This document shows, in pieces, positions 36,885 to 44,140 of a stretch of 64,000 nt of DNA. Within the stretch, counting starts at the first letter, position 1. Every line of letters begins with the position of its first letter. This stretch comes from a virus. Location of the stretch: the IMG/VR virus record IMGVR_UViG_3300045988_119069. One strand, given 5' to 3'. The notes under the pieces were generated by a model. The model had not been told where the DNA came from, ran no database searches, and worked only from the letters and a program-made list of their open reading frames with translations. Both the position numbers and the translations under genes were made by a program.

Positions 36885-37058
36885 ATGCTACACTTTCGCA
36901 TAGCAGCCTTCCGAGGCCGTGACCCCGACAATCCGTCCGACCGCAAGCATCCCTCCAACGGACGCTTCTGTCAGCGAATGGAGATAAACTGGGGGAGTAC
37001 AACCAACACTCTCACCTCAGTAGGCAAAGACAACATGGTATATCTGGAATATGAATAG
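36885..37058 (+). CDS. TRD-like mini-ORF m7 (57 aa)
   Basis: MLHFRIAAFRGRDPDNPSDRKHPSNGRFCQRMEINWGSTTNTLTSVGKDNMVYLEYE. Same frame as m6. The junction ATG at 36865 opens only a 12-codon ORF. Confidence 0.5.
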   Translation: MLHFRIAAFRGRDPDNPSDRKHPSNGRFCQRMEINWGSTTNTLTSVGKDNMVYLEYE

Positions 37059-37200
37059 ACAAATCTCTTTCGTGCAACGCACATCAAAGCTCTGCCCACG
37101 TCGGGGGTACTCCACGGCATTGTCCGCACGCTACGACGGATGGGCAGGACTCTACGACGAGCACGGACAGCACACCATTGTATTGATAGAATATGAATAG
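37051..37200 (+). CDS. TRD-like mini-ORF m8 (49 aa)
   Basis: MNRQISFVQRTSKLCPRRGYSTALSARYDGWAGLYDEHGQHTIVLIEYE. Confidence 0.5.
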   Translation: MNRQISFVQRTSKLCPRRGYSTALSARYDGWAGLYDEHGQHTIVLIEYE

Positions 37201-37333
37201 GCATACACTAAATTGTCCGTCCGGCATCTGCTGCGTCCTGACATCCCATTACGCAAGAGAAGGATGGGCGAATATGGCAAGCAATACAACATCACAATGC
37301 AAAGCACCTGCAGTATTGATAGAATATGAATAA
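37193..37333 (+). CDS. TRD-like mini-ORF m9 (46 aa)
   Basis: MNRHTLNCPSGICCVLTSHYAREGWANMASNTTSQCKAPAVLIEYE. The terminal junction ttgatagaatATGAATAA is retained although no cassette follows. Confidence 0.5.
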   Translation: MNRHTLNCPSGICCVLTSHYAREGWANMASNTTSQCKAPAVLIEYE

Positions 37334-37353
37334 CAATTTAAAATAGAGACATT

Positions 37354-38163
37354 ATGAGTCAAAAAGAAACAAGAAGCATCCCTAAAACGGGAGCAAAAAC
37401 TTTCGAGAATGAGAAACTATCAGCCTTTCTCCACAGTCTGCCTAAAGGAGCTATGCTTTATTCGCCTTTGTTAGGCTACATGACGGTGTATGACATCAAC
37501 GAATCGGGCGTTGTGATGGCCCTTCCTAATCCTGTCGAGAATGAACCATACGATTGGCCTTTCCTTTACAACGGACGTATAGCGCGCTACGACAAAGGAG
37601 AGTGTATGCTGTTTCTCTCGCATCTTTACCGGAGTTGGAATGTGCTCAAATTCCAGCTGGGTGACATCGTGGCAATGGACATCAAGTATAAAGATGGCAA
37701 CATTCTGACCTACATTGTGATTTTCAGCGAAGTGGAATCTACTGATTATCCCAAGATAAGGACATACGCCTGCTTATGCAAAAACAGCGACGTGCTTACT
37801 TCTTACGCTCTGCTTGATCTTCGCGGTACACGCGAAGAAGAAGAAAGCATCGAACTGAGATACGCTACGCCTACGGAAGAAAAACTTCTCAATAATGCCG
37901 TGGAGAAAATCGGGAAAAGATGGGACAAGGTAAAGCAGCGTCTTGTGTCATTAGATTCTGAAGCTCACACTCCCGAGCAGCTGCGCGAGGATTTCAACGC
38001 CTTACAGGAAGAATACTATCGCTTGTGTGAACATTGCAAGAAGTTAGAGAATGAGCGTAACGATTTCCAAAAGAAAGCAGAGTTAGAGTCAGGTAGAATA
38101 CAGGAAATATTATACAAGGCTATCGAACAAGTAGGGCAGAGTAAACTACAGACCGATGACTGA
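37354..38163 (+). CDS. hypothetical protein with a C-terminal coiled coil (269 aa)
   Basis: ORF track. ATAGAGAC box 3 nt before the ATG. Confidence 0.45.
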   Translation: MSQKETRSIPKTGAKTFENEKLSAFLHSLPKGAMLYSPLLGYMTVYDINESGVVMALPNPVENEPYDWPFLYNGRIARYDKGECMLFLSHLYRSWNVLKFQLGDIVAMDIKYKDGNILTYIVIFSEVESTDYPKIRTYACLCKNSDVLTSYALLDLRGTREEEESIELRYATPTEEKLLNNAVEKIGKRWDKVKQRLVSLDSEAHTPEQLREDFNALQEEYYRLCEHCKKLENERNDFQKKAELESGRIQEILYKAIEQVGQSKLQTDD

Positions 38164-38335
38164 CAAGTATTACATCGGATGGGTACGCAGCGGCAAGGAC
38201 GGCAAGGACCTCGTAAAGAGCCGACCGCGCAAGCAGATAGCCAATACCGTGACAACCTCACCGCCAGGCTGCTTTGCCGACCCTTGCGACGGGCTTGGCA
38301 ACACCACACCGCATATAGTATATAAATTTGAATAA
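38156..38335 (+). CDS. TRD-like mini-ORF m10 (59 aa)
   Basis: MTDKYYIGWVRSGKDGKDLVKSRPRKQIANTVTTSPPGCFADPCDGLGNTTPHIVYKFE. The ATGACTGA start overlaps the upstream stop. Confidence 0.45.
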   Translation: MTDKYYIGWVRSGKDGKDLVKSRPRKQIANTVTTSPPGCFADPCDGLGNTTPHIVYKFE

Positions 38336-38338
38336 GAT

Positions 38339-38509
38339 ATGAAGCTAAGAATTGTTCCAATGGAAGCCTACAACGGTTGCATACCCGTGACCGTTTGGAT
38401 GGTTCAGAAATTTGTCGATCACTTCCCATTCGGCAAATGGGTAAACATCAAAGGATTTTCCGACAAAGAAAAGGCAGTGGCGCTAATTTCTCTGTTGTAT
38501 AATATGTAA
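38339..38509 (+). CDS. small hypothetical protein (56 aa)
   Basis: Translated by hand: MKLRIVPMEAYNGCIPVTVWMVQKFVDHFPFGKWVNIKGFSDKEKAVALISLLYNM. Confidence 0.3.
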   Translation: MKLRIVPMEAYNGCIPVTVWMVQKFVDHFPFGKWVNIKGFSDKEKAVALISLLYNM

Positions 38510-38526
38510 TAAAAATTATAGAGACA

Positions 38527-39096
38527 ATGAAACATCAGGAATTTAGGAATCGTATTGCCTATGCAAGGCGTTATGGAGAATTGGTAGCCGAAAATGTGGC
38601 GATGGGACAAAGAATACATCGTCTTGTCAGAGACTATAACAGGGTAGTAAAAAAACTTCGCAAGCTGGAAGACAAGCATGAGGATGTAGTAATGGAGCTG
38701 GCAAAGGAGAAGGCTGCTCACGATGAATTGGCTAAGGGTTACACCAACGTCTGCAACGCTAACATAGCGCAAGGGCGTGAGACTGACAATCTCAGAAACG
38801 TGCTTGCCAATTTGCGAAGTGAGAACGCAGACCTAAAGCAAGAGCGCAGCGACCTTATCGACTTGCTTGAGGAAAAAGGGTTCACTCTCGTCAAGAACAC
38901 CGAATGCCCTCACGATATGATAGAGACGGGGGGCCCGTTCTGCAAAGAAAATCCCGAAACAGTAAGAGTGGATAGCTGCGCATGTTGGAATTGTGAATAT
39001 TTCTGCCTCCGACTGAAGGACAGAGGCAAGATAGTTTGCAAGGAAGGACAAAAACGGAAGCAGCAAGACAATAATGCCGATGTCGCTATTGAATAA
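38527..39096 (+). CDS. coiled-coil protein with a C-terminal Cys cluster (189 aa)
   Basis: Paralogous in layout to 39129-39578. TATAGAGACA abuts the ATG. CPHD...C...CACWNCEYFC. Confidence 0.45.
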   Translation: MKHQEFRNRIAYARRYGELVAENVAMGQRIHRLVRDYNRVVKKLRKLEDKHEDVVMELAKEKAAHDELAKGYTNVCNANIAQGRETDNLRNVLANLRSENADLKQERSDLIDLLEEKGFTLVKNTECPHDMIETGGPFCKENPETVRVDSCACWNCEYFCLRLKDRGKIVCKEGQKRKQQDNNADVAIE

Positions 39097-39128
39097 TATG
39101 TAATAAAAACTATAAAGACAATAAAACA

Positions 39129-39578
39129 ATGAAAACAGAAGAAAACAAACGCATGTTGGCTCTTTCCTATATAGTAGCCGACCTGAAGGCAGAGAACATT
39201 GAGCTTGAGCAGCGTGTACATCAGTTCATGGACGAATACAACAACGTGGAACATCAGTTGCGAGGAATGGAAAAACGCAAGGACGAAGACCCGTCAAGGC
39301 AGACGCTCGGCGAGATGCTGAAGATGCGCGACCATTGCGACGAGCTGGAAAAGGAAAACAGGGCGCTGAAGGGCTTTGCAAAAGTAATTCATTCCTTTAT
39401 GAAGGACAAGAAAATCTATATGGAAAAAGGAACGTCCTGCGGCTACATACAAGGCTCCCCTGCTGTGTGTTCTACAGCCTGTCTGGAATGCGACTCTTGC
39501 CTGGGTGTAATTGAAGAATGTGGCATAATCTGCCGACAGGTGCTTTACGGTGTGAAGGTTAGTTCCGTAAAACGATGA
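39129..39578 (+). CDS. coiled-coil protein with a C-terminal Cys cluster (149 aa), paralog of 38527-39096
   Basis: Similar N-terminal helix (NIELEQRVHQFMDEYNNV versus NVAMGQRIHRLVRDYNRV). A shared 30-nt upstream junction repeat. Confidence 0.45.
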   Translation: MKTEENKRMLALSYIVADLKAENIELEQRVHQFMDEYNNVEHQLRGMEKRKDEDPSRQTLGEMLKMRDHCDELEKENRALKGFAKVIHSFMKDKKIYMEKGTSCGYIQGSPAVCSTACLECDSCLGVIEECGIICRQVLYGVKVSSVKR

Positions 39579-39739
39579 CCGACACCACACGCCCCCTCGT
39601 AGTCGGCATGATGCAGACCCCACCCTTTACGCACATGTTTGATGTGCTGCGTCGTGTGTATTCTGCCCGAGACCTATGCCCTGCTTGTCTTGTACCTACA
39701 GGAGGCAATCAAGAGATAAAAGTTTTAGTGGAACTATAA
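39575..39739 (+). CDS. TRD-like mini-ORF m11 (54 aa)
   Basis: MTDTTRPLVVGMMQTPPFTHMFDVLRRVYSARDLCPACLVPTGGNQEIKVLVEL. ATGA overlap with the upstream stop. Confidence 0.45.
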   Translation: MTDTTRPLVVGMMQTPPFTHMFDVLRRVYSARDLCPACLVPTGGNQEIKVLVEL

Positions 39740-39745
39740 AAAAGA

Positions 39746-40120
39746 TTGAACATGAGAGAATTTGTGATAAAGGCATTGCGAAACTACGGTTACCGCTTTC
39801 TTGAGAACCAGAGCGGTTGCTACATTTTTGGCAAACCGCTTGGCTACGGCATACTTCGTGCGGATGTGTGCGAGGGTGAAAACTCCGTAAGTGTCATGCT
39901 GATTGTTAAAGGAAACGTGAAGGACGGCAAACGCCCTGATCTGAAATGGCAGCGGACGAGCCAGGGCTTTCCCGAAGAACATGACGAACAGAAGATGTAC
40001 GAGGCGTTCGTGCAAGCCTTAGCCGATTGTGAGGCAGACATCTTCTCCAAAACGCCTGTGGCTCACCTGCAGAACCGAGACGTGAGATACGACTTCGAGG
40101 AGAATGTCCGTATCGAGTAA
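39746..40120 (+). CDS. hypothetical protein (124 aa)
   Basis: ORF track. Confidence 0.4.
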   Translation: MNMREFVIKALRNYGYRFLENQSGCYIFGKPLGYGILRADVCEGENSVSVMLIVKGNVKDGKRPDLKWQRTSQGFPEEHDEQKMYEAFVQALADCEADIFSKTPVAHLQNRDVRYDFEENVRIE

Positions 40121-40131
40121 AAGGAATAATC

Positions 40132-40139
40132 TAAATTTG
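40132..40139 (+). promoter_or_regulatory. candidate -7 box (TAAATTTG)
   Basis: Matches TAnnTTTG, 54 nt before the GNAT start. Confidence 0.4.
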
Positions 40140-40192
40140 CACAAGCATACAGACAGTCGTCTGACTAAACAAAACTGCGTAACAATTCAACT

Positions 40193-40546
40193 ATGATACA
40201 GCATCAACACTGGGAAGACTCCACTCGCATACTCATTACCGACGAGCAGCATCAAGGCAGCATACAGGCGTTCATTCCTAATCGTGCCGAAGACAGACCT
40301 TTGGATGGCGAAGCGGATGCTCTCATCTACTCGCTGTGGGTGGACGAAGTTCACCGCGGTCGTGAGGTGGCAAAGCACCTGATGGAGACAGTAGAAAAAG
40401 AGCTGAAGTATTACGGCGTAGAGACCGTCGCAATTTCGTGGGACGGACGCGACTCTCCTCAGTGGGTGTTGCATTGGTACGAAAAGCTGGGTTACGAGGG
40501 GAAGGCGTTAGGCAATCAATGCTGCACGCTTCTCAAACGGCTGTGA
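40193..40546 (+). CDS. GNAT-family N-acetyltransferase (small, 117 aa)
   Basis: Motif-A-like WVDEVHRGREVAKHLME and C-terminal WYEKLGY, as in GNAT folds. Confidence 0.5.
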   Translation: MIQHQHWEDSTRILITDEQHQGSIQAFIPNRAEDRPLDGEADALIYSLWVDEVHRGREVAKHLMETVEKELKYYGVETVAISWDGRDSPQWVLHWYEKLGYEGKALGNQCCTLLKRL

Positions 40547-40552
40547 TATTCG

Positions 40553-40626
40553 TCATCGGATGAACCAGAAAGTTTGGCGTAAGAGAGTTATCATAGAATA
40601 ATACTAACATCGGGTTCATCTGGTGA
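40553..40626. repeat. intergenic hairpin (H5) upstream of rtcB
   Basis: tcatcggatgaacc pairs with ggttcatctggtga (14 bp including G-U pairs) around a 46-nt loop. Confidence 0.5.
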
Positions 40627-40789
40627 CAACCAAGAAACTTATCCCGAAGGCCAAGGGACCGTACTCAGTGTGCCGCATGTCGCCACTCCGTCCAACGTAT
40701 CTAACGGGCTCTGGTGCAGACGAGCGAGGAGAAGGAAAACTCAACCACTGCACATTTCTTTTACGAATTTATAGACAAAGAAACGAACA

Positions 40790-41965
40790 ATGAGTGACTT
40801 AAAGATTTTTGCAAAGACCATCGAACCTGAAGTCCAGGAGCAAGTAAGAAAGATGGCAGAGAGCGAGGCTTACCGCGACTGTAAGATTCGTATTATGCCC
40901 GATTGTCATGCCGGAAAGGGATGCACCGTAGGCACCGTGATTGAAACCCGTGGCAAGGTGGTGCCCAACACAGTAGGTGTGGATATAGGCTGTGGTATGT
41001 TGGTATTCAAGTTCGCTGAGAAGGATATTAACCTTTCGCTTCTCGACCGAATCATCAATGAGTCGGTGCCGAGCGGATTTGACGTTCACGAAAAGTCCAA
41101 GCTAAAAGTTATGAGTCCGCTTACGTCACATCTTTTGCTCGATTTGCACGAAAGGACACAAGGTTGCTTCGACCCCGACTATATCGGACGCTCGCTTGGC
41201 ACCCTCGGTGGCGGCAATCACTTCATCGAGCTTGACGAGGACGAGCAGGGCTGTAAGTATCTTGTGATACATTCGGGCAGTCGCAATCTCGGAGTTAAGG
41301 TGTGCAATTTTTTCCAACACTTAGCCAAGAAGAATGTGAATCGTAGTGAGGAGCGCAAGCGCATCATCGAAGACTTGAAGAAGTACGGCTTAGAGAGGGA
41401 GATTAACAATGCGTTGCGTCGTTTGGGCACCGTGCCTCCCGATCTCGCCTATCTTGAGGGAGAAGACCTCGATGCCTATAATTTCGCAGCGAACGTCTGT
41501 CAGTGTTTTGCCGACGACAACAGATGGGATATAGCAATGACTATAATCCATGGGCTTCAATTATCGTTCGTGGATTTCTTTACCACCAGGCATAACTATT
41601 TCGACATACACTCAGGCATCATCCGAAAAGGAGCCGTGTGTGCCGAAAATGGCGAACAGCTTATCATCCCACTTAATATGCGCGACGGTTCGTTGATCTG
41701 TCGCGGCAAGGGCAACGACGACTGGCTTCAGTCAGCTCCGCATGGTGCTGGCAGACTGATGTCGCGCTCGGCGGCAAAGAAGCAGCTCAGCATGGAGGAA
41801 TACCGCCAGCAAATGCACGACATCTACTCCACATCGGTATGCGAGTCCACCATAGACGAAGCACCAATGGCGTATAAGTCGGCAGAGGAGATAGAAGAAC
41901 TGATAGGCGACACTGTGGATGTGGTGAAGCGCATCAAGCCGATATATAACTTTAAGGCAAAGTAA
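40790..41965 (+). CDS. rtcB: RtcB RNA ligase (3'-phosphate/5'-OH)
   Basis: MPDCHAGKG, GVDIGCGM, GGGNHFIELD, HSGSRNLG and SAPHGAGR motifs, in the canonical RtcB order. Confidence 0.85.
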   Translation: MSDLKIFAKTIEPEVQEQVRKMAESEAYRDCKIRIMPDCHAGKGCTVGTVIETRGKVVPNTVGVDIGCGMLVFKFAEKDINLSLLDRIINESVPSGFDVHEKSKLKVMSPLTSHLLLDLHERTQGCFDPDYIGRSLGTLGGGNHFIELDEDEQGCKYLVIHSGSRNLGVKVCNFFQHLAKKNVNRSEERKRIIEDLKKYGLEREINNALRRLGTVPPDLAYLEGEDLDAYNFAANVCQCFADDNRWDIAMTIIHGLQLSFVDFFTTRHNYFDIHSGIIRKGAVCAENGEQLIIPLNMRDGSLICRGKGNDDWLQSAPHGAGRLMSRSAAKKQLSMEEYRQQMHDIYSTSVCESTIDEAPMAYKSAEEIEELIGDTVDVVKRIKPIYNFKAK

Positions 41966-41993
41966 TAACAATTTAACGAATTTATAGAGAACT

Positions 41994-42617
41994 ATGAACA
42001 CATTTATATCTACTTTTTTAGGCTGGGCATTCTTTCTTGGTGCCATCTTCGGCTGGACATTCTTCCTCGCCTTTGTCGTTTGGCGTGTGCGGATAATGCA
42101 CAAGGAACGTCTTGCAAAGAAAAGTCAGCGAGAGAGAGAGGAGAAGCGGAAGACATGGCTGCCGGAGCCTCCTGTGCTCCTCACTCCGAAAGAGCGTCGC
42201 GAATACATGCTCAACCATATCGAGGACGGACGTTTTTACGAAATCTCGTCGCTCCGTGGCTCTGACACCACCATTGTGTGCGCAAAATGGTATGATGCCG
42301 AAGAACAAAGGCTATATTGCTATGCCTACCTTTACATAAGCGGACGTGGTGTGTATAATCTGCACGTTCGTGACCCTCGCGGTATATTTAAATTGCGTGA
42401 TTTTATTGGCAACAAGCCCCTGCGCATCGACTTCGACTGTAATCCTCACCTCGTTGTCTTTGAAGAAGAGAACATTTCTTCGTATATCGTAGATAGAGAC
42501 TACAACGTCTTCGTGCAAAGCTTGCAAGCGGCTGGGTTCGACTGGAAGATTGAGAAGGGCGAAGATAACGGACTGGGCTCTTACAAATATCTCTTGAAAG
42601 AAACAAGAACAAAATAA
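41994..42617 (+). CDS. hypothetical membrane-anchored protein (207 aa)
   Basis: N-terminal hydrophobic FLGWAFFLGAIFGWTFFLAFVVW. TATAGAGAAC box 1 nt before the ATG. Confidence 0.4.
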   Translation: MNTFISTFLGWAFFLGAIFGWTFFLAFVVWRVRIMHKERLAKKSQREREEKRKTWLPEPPVLLTPKERREYMLNHIEDGRFYEISSLRGSDTTIVCAKWYDAEEQRLYCYAYLYISGRGVYNLHVRDPRGIFKLRDFIGNKPLRIDFDCNPHLVVFEEENISSYIVDRDYNVFVQSLQAAGFDWKIEKGEDNGLGSYKYLLKETRTK

Positions 42618-42655
42618 CAAGCAACAATTCAATAAACAACTAAATTTCATTTCTT

Positions 42656-43474
42656 ATGAGAAAATTATTTTCAATTCTTTTTGCGCTTGTCGCAGTAGTG
42701 ATGTTATCCTCGTGTCGTTTTGTGTCGCCCGATGCCGACGAGGAAACCGTGTTGGTGAAGAAGCCTTGGTTCTTCGGACACGGAGGAGTTGACAACGACC
42801 CGGTGCAGAGTGGCCTGACATGGTGTGCCATGAGTACACGTGCCGAAACTTTCAAGATTGTTCCGGTACGCCATGAGGTTGTTCTCGACGACATCTTCTC
42901 CGACGACAACACTCCGCTCGACTTCCATTCTGTCATAGTTACTCAGGTGGAGCAAGGCAAGTCGCCCGTGCTGTTGCAGAACTATGGACGCGACTGGTTT
43001 AACACCAACCTCTACAACTACTTCTGCAATCTTGTCAGGGACCATATCTCACAGTATAGTCCGTTCGACTTGATGTCTAACCGTCAGGTATTGAGCACCA
43101 TCGACAAGAAGATTCTGAAGCAGATGCAGGATTACGTTGCTGCCCTCTCAAAGCACAAGCCGATGCCAGTCATCATCAAGGACGTTATCATCGGTAAGGC
43201 AACACCCAACAAGGAACAGCTTGCCGAAATGAACCGCACGGCAAAGATGGTACAGGCCAAGCAGACGCAGGAACGTGAATATGAGGTTCAGGTGGCTCGC
43301 GAGAAGGCCGAGCGTCAGAAGGCTGTGGCAGACAAGGCGTATATGAGCGAGATGAATCTTAGCCCACAGCAGTTTATTCAGCTTAAATGGGTGGAGACGG
43401 TGGCTCAGAAGCAGGGCGCAAACATAGACGTGCTCGTTGGTCCGGCTGAGCAAATGTGGAATATCAAACGATAA
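42656..43474 (+). CDS. SPFH/Band-7 domain lipoprotein
   Basis: Lipobox MLSSC. SPFH-like core followed by a Glu/Lys/Ala-rich helix (QAKQTQEREYEVQVAREKAERQKAVADKA). Confidence 0.65.
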   Translation: MRKLFSILFALVAVVMLSSCRFVSPDADEETVLVKKPWFFGHGGVDNDPVQSGLTWCAMSTRAETFKIVPVRHEVVLDDIFSDDNTPLDFHSVIVTQVEQGKSPVLLQNYGRDWFNTNLYNYFCNLVRDHISQYSPFDLMSNRQVLSTIDKKILKQMQDYVAALSKHKPMPVIIKDVIIGKATPNKEQLAEMNRTAKMVQAKQTQEREYEVQVAREKAERQKAVADKAYMSEMNLSPQQFIQLKWVETVAQKQGANIDVLVGPAEQMWNIKR

Positions 43475-43495
43475 ACAATTAAAACAATAACGATT

Positions 43496-43861
43496 ATGGT
43501 ATCAATTATTTCAGCGTTAATAATCCTCCTGATTATCTTCGTGCTTTCCATCTTCTCTTCTTGGATCGACAAGTTCGGACGGAAGCACTAGGAGAAGTTC
43601 ATAGAGAAGGTTGTCGAGACTGCTTCGGATAAGCTGGCTATGGCGTGGAACAAGGTAGGTCCGTGGTATCTTGTGGTATATACCAAAGAAAACAGCCACC
43701 CGATATGGATCTCTAACAACAATATCCGCAGCGTTCATCCCGACGTTTTAAACTGCCGACTGACAGTAAAACTTTTCAACGGCGAGGACATGGTGATAGA
43801 TGACGTGGAGAGCTACGACCTTCAGGCTGGCAACGAAATGTTTGGTTACGACTTTCAGTAA
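43496..43861 (+). CDS. small TM-anchored protein (121 codons) with one in-frame TAG
   Basis: MVSIISALIILLIIFVLSIFSSWIDKFGRKH, then TAG at 43589-43591, then EKFIEKVVETASDKLAMAWNKVGPW... in the same frame. ORF 43640-43861 is the downstream part. Confidence 0.45.
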
Positions 43862-44028
43862 CGGCATGCTCGCTGTGGCATAATGCAGCAAAAGATTAAG
43901 TGTTAAAAAGTATGTTTAGACTGCGTGGCTCGCATGGTCTTCCCCGAACAGCCCGACACCCCGAACTTTCCAATTACTTGGGTGTGGGCAAGGGGAAGAC
44001 AGCGACCCCGCAGTCTTTTTTGTTTTAG

Positions 44029-44088
44029 GCCAACGGATAACACGAAGCACACGGATTTTTATCTTCGTGAAATTTGTAATTCGTTGGC
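44029..44088. repeat. word-periodic intergenic hairpin (H6)
   Basis: gccaacggataacacgaag pairs with cttcgtgaaatttgtaattcgttggc. The left arm is identical to H3. Confidence 0.65.
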
Positions 44089-44093
44089 TCTCC

Positions 44094-44140
44094 CCTCCCC
44101 GAGCATGTCCGCCCCTTCTCCCCGTCTTTCCCTATCTTTG
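44094..44140 (+). promoter_or_regulatory. candidate promoter: C-rich upstream element plus TATCTTTG -7 box
   Basis: cctccccg (44094-44101), gtccgc (44107-44112) and tatctttg (44133-44140), 37 nt before ATG 44177. Confidence 0.5.

Noticed and set aside
34725-37333. Programmed +1 frameshifting or ribosome hopping that fuses the TRD mini-ORFs into one multispecific polypeptide.
   Set aside because: The junction GAA TAT GA(A) TA(A/G) offers no slippery re-pairing codon and no take-off/landing pair. Motifs IX-X lie upstream rather than downstream of most cassettes, so a simple fusion would not recreate a normal MTase. An ATG placed 8 nt before each stop fits termination-reinitiation better. This has not been excluded experimentally.
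40547-40789. A tRNA-like or Y-RNA-like gene, or a small ORF (MNQKVWRKRVIIE), upstream of rtcB.
   Set aside because: I could fold only one long stem (H5). No T-arm or acceptor-like structure was found. The 13-codon ORF lies in the hairpin loop and has no support. It is kept only as a low-confidence note inside the RtcB finding.
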